From Candidatus Omnitrophota bacterium (GTDB lineage Bacteria; Omnitrophota; Gorgyraeia; Zapsychrales; Fredricksoniimonadaceae), in NCBI GenBank assembly GCA_015233375.1, contig JADFXW010000002.1, forward strand, positions 1 to 44,105: a stretch of DNA of 44,105 nt, given 5' to 3'. The notes under the pieces were generated by a model. The model worked only from the letters and a program-made list of their open reading frames with translations, was not told the DNA's origin and did no database searches. The translations under genes and the position numbers were made by a program. Below, piece after piece: positions 8,878 through 17,255 of this stretch (position 1 is the first letter of the stretch; each line of letters opens with the position of its first letter).

Positions 8878-9888
8878 TTAATTGTAAAGAATCAGCATTT
8901 TTCTATCTATCTGCTCAATCTGTTCACATAACTCAATATAACTATTCACTCTTGACTTATAACACGAACCTGCTTTTGTTTCAACAGCCTTACGGGCGTT
9001 AAAATTGCTGACAGCCCTGTAACTGGATTGTGGATTTCTTGCAATAAAATTGCTTAAATCTGTAAAATATGATTTTGCCCCTTTTAAAAATTGCCCTGAA
9101 GGGCCTAAACCAAAATCCATCAAATAAAAGTCTTTTCGGACCTCTTCTGGAAACGATAATAATACCCAATTCCCAAGAACCTTGCCATTAGGTAAAGCTA
9201 ACATATCCCATATCCCTGTTGAAGGCTTGCTATATCCTCTTCCAATCAAGCCATATCTTTTTTCTTTTAACTCCCAAAGAGAAGACTCTCGATACAGGTC
9301 TAAGAATATTTTGGATGCTGATTTATCCCAATTTTCAAGGAAGGCAGGATGTACTTCAATAGACCTTAAACCAATGCTCGCCAAATATTTTAAATTTTCA
9401 AAAAGATTATCTACGGATTGGGGCCGAACTGTCATAGTCGCTGTCAATGGGCCTTTTGAGGACACCGCCAGATTAACCCCATGGACAATATCATCGAAAT
9501 CCCCGCCTTCAATGCCCGGCCTGTTTTTTATCGTGGTATCCTTTTTTCCATCAATCCCCACCTCAAGATTAATCCCGTTATCCAAAAAAAACTTCATCAA
9601 ATTATTATTTAATAAGGTCGCATTCGTTTGAACAGAAATATACCTGTCCAGCTTCTCATTCTTTATCCTTGTAATCATTTCACGAAGTAAATCAGCCTCT
9701 ATCAGAGGTTCCCCTCCTGAGAAAATAAATTCCAGAGGTGCTTGAGAACGAACAAATTCAAGGATATGTTTAAAAATACCGATATCCATGACTTCTTGGC
9801 GCGTACGGTGTTTGTAAAAACAATATCCGCAACCCAAATTGCAGCGGTCCGTGAAAAAAAGCCAGACGTGATTGATTTTATTGATCAT
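8878..9888 (-). CDS. Radical SAM protein, anSME-like N-terminus, no obvious SPASM cluster
   Basis: FTDRCNLGCGYCFYKH carries CX3CX2C in the CNLxCxYCF context typical of anSME/SPASM-family maturases, but the C-terminal half has few Cys. Tandem paralog of 9878..10915. Confidence 0.8.
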   Translation of the reverse strand: MINKINHVWLFFTDRCNLGCGYCFYKHRTRQEVMDIGIFKHILEFVRSQAPLEFIFSGGEPLIEADLLREMITRIKNEKLDRYISVQTNATLLNNNLMKFFLDNGINLEVGIDGKKDTTIKNRPGIEGGDFDDIVHGVNLAVSSKGPLTATMTVRPQSVDNLFENLKYLASIGLRSIEVHPAFLENWDKSASKIFLDLYRESSLWELKEKRYGLIGRGYSKPSTGIWDMLALPNGKVLGNWVLLSFPEEVRKDFYLMDFGLGPSGQFLKGAKSYFTDLSNFIARNPQSSYRAVSNFNARKAVETKAGSCYKSRVNSYIELCEQIEQIDRKMLILYN

Positions 9889-10915
9889 TTTTTATACAAA
9901 TCTTCACATGCGCACGTTGTAAAAATTTTAAAATATTATTGATGGCCCCGGCATTCAAATAAGCATAGCCCATCATTTTGTTGACCAACTTAAAATGATG
10001 CATCACAAATTCACGATAGGTCAAATAAGGACGGCCGTTATATAACCGCTTATACGCCTCCTGATAAAAAGACAATACTTCCTGTCGTATCTGGCCTGTT
10101 TTAATGTCCCAAATGCTAAACTCCTGGCGTTTATTTTCCGGTAAACATAAAAATGGATCTCCTGCCAACAGATGACCTGGTGGATGAAGGCTTAAATCCA
10201 TGTCTCCTGGACGTATCATTTCCTTGTCTTCTTGTGCATACATCAAAGAGCGTAAATCTTTATTTTTCAAGATAGCTAAATAATTCCGTTTAAAACATGC
10301 TTGGGCATCTTTGTCCCAAGTCATAAAAGCAGCAGGCGTCACATCCATATGAGGAAATCCTAAATCCTTCAAAAATGTTACCCCCTCCCTGATGCGCGAC
10401 GCTTCACGAGGATGCACCGTCATGGTCGTGCCACAGGCAAGATCCGCCTTCATACACTCTTTAATGTTATCAGTTAATCTGTTAAATGTGTCTGGCTTTA
10501 ATCCACGCCTATGCCTTGTCGTGACATCAAAATATCCGTCTATGCCAAATTCAAGGCTTACCTTAAGACTTTTAAGATATTTGATGTCCTTTTTATCAAT
10601 CAACACCCCATTGGTCTGAATATGTAAGGAGGTTTTCTTTAAAAAACGCTTGGCCTTTTCTAAAATTTGATACAGCAGGTCCTTGGCTAAAAATGGTTCT
10701 CCGCCGCTAAGAATTAAAGTGGAAGGTTCTGTTTGGTGATATTTAAATAATGAGAAAAACCTGTTAACAGCTTGGAGTGAAATGTCCTTCAAACCCTTGT
10801 GGCGAAAAAAACAATAATCACAGTGCAGATTGCAGCGCTCTGTCACATAAATCCAGGCATAATGGACTTTAATTCTATTGTTTTCTCGCGTCGATAAAAT
10901 ACCTGATTTTGCCAT
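9878..10915 (-). CDS. Radical SAM protein, anSME-like N-terminus, no obvious SPASM cluster
   Basis: VTERCNLHCDYCFFRH and GGEPFL. Its 5' end overlaps the upstream gene by 41 nt if the only in-frame ATG is used. Confidence 0.8.
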   Translation of the reverse strand: MAKSGILSTRENNRIKVHYAWIYVTERCNLHCDYCFFRHKGLKDISLQAVNRFFSLFKYHQTEPSTLILSGGEPFLAKDLLYQILEKAKRFLKKTSLHIQTNGVLIDKKDIKYLKSLKVSLEFGIDGYFDVTTRHRRGLKPDTFNRLTDNIKECMKADLACGTTMTVHPREASRIREGVTFLKDLGFPHMDVTPAAFMTWDKDAQACFKRNYLAILKNKDLRSLMYAQEDKEMIRPGDMDLSLHPPGHLLAGDPFLCLPENKRQEFSIWDIKTGQIRQEVLSFYQEAYKRLYNGRPYLTYREFVMHHFKLVNKMMGYAYLNAGAINNILKFLQRAHVKICIKNDQ

Positions 10916-12053
10916 TCAATGTCCGAGGGATTGCCCCTTCATGTTTTCTGATTTCAATACAACGATCTAGGCCGATTTTTTGAACCACCACATCCTTCAA
11001 AACCCTTAAATCTTTAGCCTGAAGTTTAACAATATTAATGAAAAGTTTATCATAATACCGTTGAGGGTCCTTATCAATCACAAAAAAGAAGCTGGGGTGC
11101 TTGAGGACATCATTCACCGTACGGATTAATTCCTGTTTTAAAACAACAACTCCATTGATAAGCAAGCTTTCCTGTATGCGACCTTGCACCTTAATCCATA
11201 AACCTTCTTTGTCCCTCTTGAGTTGGACGCGGTCTCCTAAACGATACCTGATAAAAGGCATGCACGTATTATTCAAATCCGTGACCAATAAATCCCCTTG
11301 ACCACTCTCTGATGCTAATTCATTATCGAGAACCTCCAACAAAAGCCCATCCGCCACCACCTTCATATATTCATCATGAGGCGCAAGCGCACACGCCAAA
11401 CCTGAAATCTCCATGGCCCCGTAGTGGTCATGAACACGTACGCCCCCCAAACATTCAATCCTTTGACGGTAATCTGGCCATAAAGGCTCTCCATTAACCA
11501 AACAGCGTTGAATAGAATGTTTTTTCCCTAATAGCGCAAAAAGGTCAAAAAGCTGATTGGTATACGCATTAACCAGGGTTGGTTTAAAAGTCTTGATAAG
11601 AAACACAGCTTCTTGTAATTTCTCAGCCGTGCTCACAGGTCCCAACGGTATCACCCCTGCACCTGCGGCCTTGAAAGCACTTTCCATAAGACGACCACCG
11701 CTGTTTAGATCATAGGAACATAGGTTTAAGCATAAAGCCCCCTCTTTAACGCCAAATAAACGATAAATCTTGACCAAACGGCTCAAATGAGCTTCATACG
11801 CTTGTCTTGAATGGGCAATCAGCAGCCTGGATGATGTTGAGCCAGAGGTTGCTGTCAGATTAAAAACCGTATCCGCAAAACCTGTCTTTAGAAAATCCTT
11901 CATCTGTTCTCTTGAAGTGACCGGGACACGCTTAAAATCATCCCAAGAGCGAAGATGGACCTTCCAACGCTTATCTTTCTTGGAAAAAAAATTAAATAGT
12001 TGATTTACTTTCTTTAATGCTTGGGGAGTAAACATATATTTGTCCATCAGCAA
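10875..12053 (-). CDS. PaaK/CapK/F390-synthetase-like adenylate-forming enzyme
   Basis: LTATSGSTSSRLL is the P-loop-like AMP-binding motif. The length and overall pattern fit the COG1541-type family. The start is uncertain (ATGs at 12053, 12047 and 12035); all three overlap the 3' end of 11992..13563. Confidence 0.7.
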   Translation of the reverse strand: MLMDKYMFTPQALKKVNQLFNFFSKKDKRWKVHLRSWDDFKRVPVTSREQMKDFLKTGFADTVFNLTATSGSTSSRLLIAHSRQAYEAHLSRLVKIYRLFGVKEGALCLNLCSYDLNSGGRLMESAFKAAGAGVIPLGPVSTAEKLQEAVFLIKTFKPTLVNAYTNQLFDLFALLGKKHSIQRCLVNGEPLWPDYRQRIECLGGVRVHDHYGAMEISGLACALAPHDEYMKVVADGLLLEVLDNELASESGQGDLLVTDLNNTCMPFIRYRLGDRVQLKRDKEGLWIKVQGRIQESLLINGVVVLKQELIRTVNDVLKHPSFFFVIDKDPQRYYDKLFINIVKLQAKDLRVLKDVVVQKIGLDRCIEIRKHEGAIPRTLNGKIRYFIDARKQ

Positions 12054-13563
12054 CTTTAACCAGCATTTTTAATGGGATTTCTTTTTTTAATTCTTCTTCA
12101 CTCACCATTCCAGGCATCTTAAATTTCATTAACCCATACACTAAAACGGCCCTTTGACGGGACAAAGCCTCCTTCATTTGCTTTATTTGATCATTATACG
12201 CTAAATTGGGCCTTAAAGATAACGGGTCTTTTTGATAAGCTAAAGGCAGCGCTCGACGTCCTGTTAAAAAATACAGGGCCATAAAATTGTTTGAATAAAT
12301 CAGAGTGTCTGCAGAAATCTTTTTTACCTCGCTTATAATAGCGGATTTGTCCCATTCCCTTCTATCAAACGCCACCCCTTCGTTATACCTTACAACTCCC
12401 CACGCTAATGCTCCTGGCAGATTTAAACCAATCACATAGGTCATCAAAAGAATGGCAAACGTGCTTTTTAGCAAACGAGAGGATCTGGTCACTGAAAACA
12501 ACAAATGCACGCACAAAAGACAAAAAAATAATTCAAAAACCTCCACAGGAAGAAAATATCTCCCCCTTTTAGCTAAACTATCCAAAAAACCAACAACAAT
12601 GCCCCATGACACAAAATAAAAGAATATAAAAAAAACTATTATCGTTATGAATCTCATTGTTGAGTTGGGGACACCCTTCAGGGCCCAAGAGTCTCTATTT
12701 CTAAAAATCATCCATCCTAATAAAACCATCCCCAGCATCAATACTAAGACAAGATCAGTCTCCCCAGTTGAGAGATGATTAATCAGCCCTGGATATCCTT
12801 TCATCCCTAAAATGGACAACGGATGAAAAGAAATCATCCGATCAGTCCAATGACCTGAATGTAAGAAATTCACAACGCCCCATAAGGTCAGTGGAAGTAA
12901 ACTTAAACACCCAAACGCAACCGCCCAAATACGTGATTTCAGCCAATCCTTTTGAAAAAACAAAAGCAATGCCCCTGTCAAAACCAACGGTATCCCCGCA
13001 AATCGGGTCAAACAGGCCAATCCAGCAGCCATTGAACAGAAGCCAAAAGATATCCTGCTTTTTGTTTCCATAAAATCTGTTATAAAAAACAACCAAAGAA
13101 GCGTTAAAAAAATAAACAAAGGTTCTGTCATGGCCATTGAGTAGGAATACAAATTGTCAATCCTCACCAGCATCCATGATACCCCTATCATTGAGAGCCA
13201 GAAATTCTTCGTATACCTATAAAGCAAAATACCAACCAAACAGATATTCATTCCAAAGAAAAAGGCATTGAGCCAGCGTGCGGTGTACAAAGGATCTGGG
13301 CCTCCCAGCCAATGAATCAAGGCCATTATTATGGGGAACAATGGTGGATAATGCTGCCATAAAGAAACACCTTGGGACGGCCAACCAAATAAATCCAAAC
13401 CACTTAAACACCTCGCCATATAAATATAAAAAACCCCATCACCCTCAACCCCTACCCCTCTTTTAGATGTCATCCATATAATGAGGACAAAACCAGCACA
13501 ACCAACTAAAAGAAAGGCGAGAATGCGCAGCCAACACTTTATCTTTTGTTCATCGGGTGTCAT
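11992..13563 (-). CDS. GT-C-fold (ArnT/PMT-like) polytopic membrane glycosyltransferase, paralog of 6171..7712
   Basis: 523 aa with the same architecture and shared motifs as 6171..7712. Carries the post-TM1 acidic/aromatic motif GDGVFYIYMARCLSGLD. Confidence 0.7.
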   Translation of the reverse strand: MTPDEQKIKCWLRILAFLLVGCAGFVLIIWMTSKRGVGVEGDGVFYIYMARCLSGLDLFGWPSQGVSLWQHYPPLFPIIMALIHWLGGPDPLYTARWLNAFFFGMNICLVGILLYRYTKNFWLSMIGVSWMLVRIDNLYSYSMAMTEPLFIFLTLLWLFFITDFMETKSRISFGFCSMAAGLACLTRFAGIPLVLTGALLLFFQKDWLKSRIWAVAFGCLSLLPLTLWGVVNFLHSGHWTDRMISFHPLSILGMKGYPGLINHLSTGETDLVLVLMLGMVLLGWMIFRNRDSWALKGVPNSTMRFITIIVFFIFFYFVSWGIVVGFLDSLAKRGRYFLPVEVFELFFCLLCVHLLFSVTRSSRLLKSTFAILLMTYVIGLNLPGALAWGVVRYNEGVAFDRREWDKSAIISEVKKISADTLIYSNNFMALYFLTGRRALPLAYQKDPLSLRPNLAYNDQIKQMKEALSRQRAVLVYGLMKFKMPGMVSEEELKKEIPLKMLVKVADGQIYVYSPSIKESKSTI

Positions 13564-13564
13564 A

Positions 13565-14596
13565 TTAATTATTCACAAAAATCTTTTCTAAAACCTCATT
13601 CTTCAAGTGCATGGCATCATAAAAATCATCTTGTGTAAAACCTCCCAACGCTGGATCATAAGAACCAACGATCTTTACACCTAATCTTTGACCAAGCTTT
13701 CGATAATAATTCTCAATTTTGATGATATCCATCCTTTTAGGCCATGGCGAGTCAAGAAGCCATTGATATTGTTTCGGATGAAACGGCAAAAGACAAAACG
13801 TCACCTGTTCATGATGGACTTTCATATATAATATGAATTTTTCCAGTGTGTTTTCCAAATTTTGATCTGTTTTCAGACCCCATGCCATTTGAGCCTGTTT
13901 CATATAATTCGGTGTCTTGATATCCCTGTCTTTAGAATTCATTGATGATACTTTTTGCCAAAGGCATCTGCCATCATGTAATAATAAGCATAAACCCTTG
14001 GGGACCTTTGTCTGGGTATCTCGTAATTTCTTTACTGATTCTTGAAAATAACTAAAGGAAAAAACATTCAACCATACAGGTGATAATACTGGCGGCTTTA
14101 TGGGCCCTGCTCTTTGCCCTAATCTTTGTAACATATCATCAACATCTTCTTTAACAGTCAACCACTTAGAATGATATAACGGCAAGGTAATCAACTGCGG
14201 ACTTAACAAAATAATCACGCGTTTAGGATACCAACCCCTTTTGACATACCCATCAAAAATGCCAAGATAATCAGGCAATGCCGCATTGGTGATCGAATTA
14301 TTTATAATCCTTTGTCCAGGAAATACATTGTCCCCTAACCCCATGATTTGGCTGGATCCAAGAACCAAGATATCTGGAATAGCCGTCAAATCCTCGATGA
14401 AATATTTCTGTAAAAGATTTTCATCCAGACCTTTAAAAATTTGGATATCTTGGCCTGAGGCTAAGGTTTTGGCTATGCCATATTCTTCCTGTTGACTTTT
14501 ATCCTTTTGACAATCATATAGGCCTTGAGGGTCAACTGAGATATTCACAAAAGCCACTAACAATAATATAGGTAAAAAAAAGAGAATTTTTACCAT
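13565..14596 (-). CDS. DltD/AlgJ-like SGNH-fold extracytoplasmic acyl-transfer protein
   Basis: N-terminal signal anchor MVKILFFLPILLLVAFV. LVLGSSQIMG (compare the DltD GSSE Ser motif), ILLSPQL, and C-terminal FYDAMHL (D-x-x-H). Sits directly downstream of an MBOAT gene. Confidence 0.6.
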   Translation of the reverse strand: MVKILFFLPILLLVAFVNISVDPQGLYDCQKDKSQQEEYGIAKTLASGQDIQIFKGLDENLLQKYFIEDLTAIPDILVLGSSQIMGLGDNVFPGQRIINNSITNAALPDYLGIFDGYVKRGWYPKRVIILLSPQLITLPLYHSKWLTVKEDVDDMLQRLGQRAGPIKPPVLSPVWLNVFSFSYFQESVKKLRDTQTKVPKGLCLLLHDGRCLWQKVSSMNSKDRDIKTPNYMKQAQMAWGLKTDQNLENTLEKFILYMKVHHEQVTFCLLPFHPKQYQWLLDSPWPKRMDIIKIENYYRKLGQRLGVKIVGSYDPALGGFTQDDFYDAMHLKNEVLEKIFVNN

Positions 14597-14617
14597 AAAT
14601 GAACAACGCTCCTGTTT

Positions 14618-16072
14618 CTAAAATTGAAAATAAAGAAACCTGTTTTGTCCATAACAACCCCAAAAGACCATTGCTAAAACTAATCCGTAATAATAAGTCC
14701 AGCGCACCCATGCTGGGCTTTTGGCAAATACAAATTCATCACCTGCATTTTCCTGCAATAAATCCATAATCAAAAGAAATGCGATTAACTCCACTGTCAA
14801 CAACCACCATCTTTGATCAAAACCTGAGAATATTCGCCCTTGATCCCACGCATGCCCCCAGCCCTGAGGCAAACGGCTAATAATATCAAAAGACTCGTCC
14901 AAACTCCTGGCCCTGTAGAAAAACGAGAAAAAACTAAACAAAAAGAAGCATGTCAATACTTGCCATAGTTGAACAAAAATGTTGTTCCTGTCTAAACCAA
15001 TCATTTGATATATTTTTTGCCTGATTTCGCAGGTTCCTCTTGAACAGACCACATATATCCCTAATAATAAAAAAGCAAGAATATAGGTCCAATCTGCACC
15101 ATGCCAAAAACCTGAAAATAAGAACGCCAGAAAAACCGCTATCCAGCGTTTATCACGTAAAAACTGATTTTGGCATAACGGCACATAAACATAGTCCTTG
15201 ACCCAGCTAAAAAAAGTTATATTCCAACGCGTCCAATATTCCGCAATCGATCGAGAAAAGAATGGAAATCTAAAATTATTCGTCAAACGAAACCCCATCG
15301 CCTTGGCGCTCCCAATCGCCATATCACAATAACCAGAAAAATCACAATAAATTTGAAATGCAAAAAGGACAGCCGCTATAACAAAGGCTGGGCCTTGAAA
15401 CTCATGCGGATTATCAAAAACCCTGTCCACCAAGTCTTTGAGGCGGTCTGCAATGACCACCTTCTTAAACATCCCCCAAGCCATTAATTTTAAAGCGTCC
15501 GTTATCCTTTGATAATCCACTTCATGTTTCTGACGAAGTTGAGGAATTAAATGATATGGTCTTTCAATAGGGCCTGCGACCAACTGCGGATAAAACATCA
15601 CATAAAGGGCATAAATACCAAAATGCCGTTCTGCTTTTTGCCTGCCACGGTATACTTCAATGACGTAAGAAAGGCTTTGTAAGGTATGAAAAGAAAGCCC
15701 TATGGGTAAAAGAAAACGGATGAGCTTTAAAGGATACTGCACACCAAAAAAACCTGCCAAAGCCCATATATTTGAACTAAAAAAGTTGAAATATTTAAAT
15801 ATAAACCAAACCACGCAGGTGGCTGCGATGCTCATTATTAAGTATCTTCTCGCATAACGGTTCTTAAGGCGCGCTTGCTCAATCAAAAGCCCCATCGCGT
15901 AATCAATCACAATCAATAGCAATAAAATAAAAATATATTGCGGCACAAACCACATATAAAAAACACAACTGGCCATCAAAAGCAAGGCCCAACGAAAACG
16001 ATGGGGACAAATAAAATAGGAAGCTGTCACAATCGGAAAAAAGATTAAAAAAGAAAAAGAATTAAAAAGCAT
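14618..16072 (-). CDS. MBOAT-family membrane O-acyltransferase (AlgI/DltB-like)
   Basis: 484 aa and polytopic. FSGFWHGADWTY holds the conserved MBOAT His. The overall AlgI/DltB-like pattern is present (YPQLVAGPIERP). Confidence 0.85.
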   Translation of the reverse strand: MLFNSFSFLIFFPIVTASYFICPHRFRWALLLMASCVFYMWFVPQYIFILLLLIVIDYAMGLLIEQARLKNRYARRYLIMSIAATCVVWFIFKYFNFFSSNIWALAGFFGVQYPLKLIRFLLPIGLSFHTLQSLSYVIEVYRGRQKAERHFGIYALYVMFYPQLVAGPIERPYHLIPQLRQKHEVDYQRITDALKLMAWGMFKKVVIADRLKDLVDRVFDNPHEFQGPAFVIAAVLFAFQIYCDFSGYCDMAIGSAKAMGFRLTNNFRFPFFSRSIAEYWTRWNITFFSWVKDYVYVPLCQNQFLRDKRWIAVFLAFLFSGFWHGADWTYILAFLLLGIYVVCSRGTCEIRQKIYQMIGLDRNNIFVQLWQVLTCFFLFSFFSFFYRARSLDESFDIISRLPQGWGHAWDQGRIFSGFDQRWWLLTVELIAFLLIMDLLQENAGDEFVFAKSPAWVRWTYYYGLVLAMVFWGCYGQNRFLYFQF

Positions 16073-16143
16073 TTAAACTCCATAATAGATACCCCGCCTT
16101 AACAAACATGGTTCTGATTATCTTTTAATTCACGCATGGCGTG

Positions 16144-16323
16144 TTTATAGACACATTGAAAGTTCTTTTAGAAACATTAAGGGATTTTTCGCCAAAAGTC
16201 GTCAAGGTTTTGCGCCCATTGTTTTCTAAAGCATCCTTAGTATATTTGGAAAACAATGGGCGCAAACCGTAGACGACGGCGAAAATATCCCGTTTCTAAA
16301 AGAACTTTCAATGTGTCTATAAA
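16144..16323. repeat. Long palindromic intergenic element E1 (subfamily I)
   Basis: TTTATAGACACATTGAAAGTTCTTTTAGAAAC...loop CTAAAGCATCCTTAGTATATTTGG...GTTTCTAAAAGAACTTTCAATGTGTCTATAAA. The outer and innermost stems are perfect; the mid-stem has conserved bulges. Homologous to E2 (33979..34160). Confidence 0.9.
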
Positions 16324-16331
16324 CCTCGCTC

Positions 16332-17255
16332 TCATCCACGCCTTGACAGACGTGGAATTCTCGCTTTGTTAAAACTACGTAAAACCATATCAAGCGCTGG
16401 TGTCTTTACGCCTATCTTGTGCGCTTCCTTCACTATAGCTTGTGTTATATAATCAATTTCTGTCGGACGACAGGCTTTTATATCTTGAAATAATGTCCCT
16501 CGATGAAGGATCCCTTTGAGATCCCCATGACGGACCCTCATTATCAGCTTCATAGGATCAAAACCAAGCTTTATCCCTAACGCTCTGGCTGTAGCCTTTC
16601 CTTCTTTGACGGCATCCTGGACTAATTTCCAAATATTCTTGTCCTTGGCTAAAATATCATATCCTTGATTCGTGATAACCGGCAAAGGGTTCATCACTGA
16701 GCTAAAAATAAGTTTTGCCCATACCACGCGGTCAGCCGCCCGGAAGACCTTACAGGGCATTTGGCATTGTTTAAAAATTCTTCCCACCATGGGGGCCCCA
16801 TCACCCCCAAGATACATCTGCCCTTGATAAAAAACATCCACTTCACCTGGGGCTTTTTCTTGGCACGCCATCGTGGTGGTGCCTCGGCAAATCAGCGCTT
16901 TTTTAAACAATTTTCCTGCCCAAGAGATATCAAACAAACCATTTTGAAGGAACAAAACACATCCAGGATTAAGAAATGCCACATCCTGAAGAGCTTTTCT
17001 AAAATCCATTATTTTGGTTGCTATAATCAGGACATCAACATCCAACCCTTGTAATTGGCTGATAGACTCAACAGAGTAGATTTGTGCCTTTCTTGACTGT
17101 CCCTTTTCTTTTAAAATGATCCTATTATTCTTAAGCGCTTTTCTTATAAAAAGGTTCTTGTCAAACACAGTCACATGCACCCTTCTAGACAAAAGAGCAG
17201 CCAAACTTTTTCCCAACGCCCCTTGACCAATCACAATAATCCTAAACATCCTCAT
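16332..17255 (-). CDS. 2-dehydropantoate 2-reductase (PanE/ApbA)-family NAD(P)-dependent oxidoreductase
   Basis: N-terminal Rossmann motif IIVIGQGALGKSLAALL. The C-terminal CRPTEIDYITQAIVKEAHKIGVKTP is typical of the ApbA C-domain. The last 13 codons lie inside repeat-module sequence. Confidence 0.75.
   Translation of the reverse strand: MRMFRIIVIGQGALGKSLAALLSRRVHVTVFDKNLFIRKALKNNRIILKEKGQSRKAQIYSVESISQLQGLDVDVLIIATKIMDFRKALQDVAFLNPGCVLFLQNGLFDISWAGKLFKKALICRGTTTMACQEKAPGEVDVFYQGQMYLGGDGAPMVGRIFKQCQMPCKVFRAADRVVWAKLIFSSVMNPLPVITNQGYDILAKDKNIWKLVQDAVKEGKATARALGIKLGFDPMKLIMRVRHGDLKGILHRGTLFQDIKACRPTEIDYITQAIVKEAHKIGVKTPALDMVLRSFNKARIPRLSRRG

Noticed and set aside
16085-16110. 15-codon ORF (MFVKAGYLLWSLNAF) just upstream of and overlapping the MBOAT start, as a possible DltX-like peptide
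   Set aside because: It is too short and lies within repeat-module sequence. It has no SD of its own and no resemblance to known small Dlt partners.
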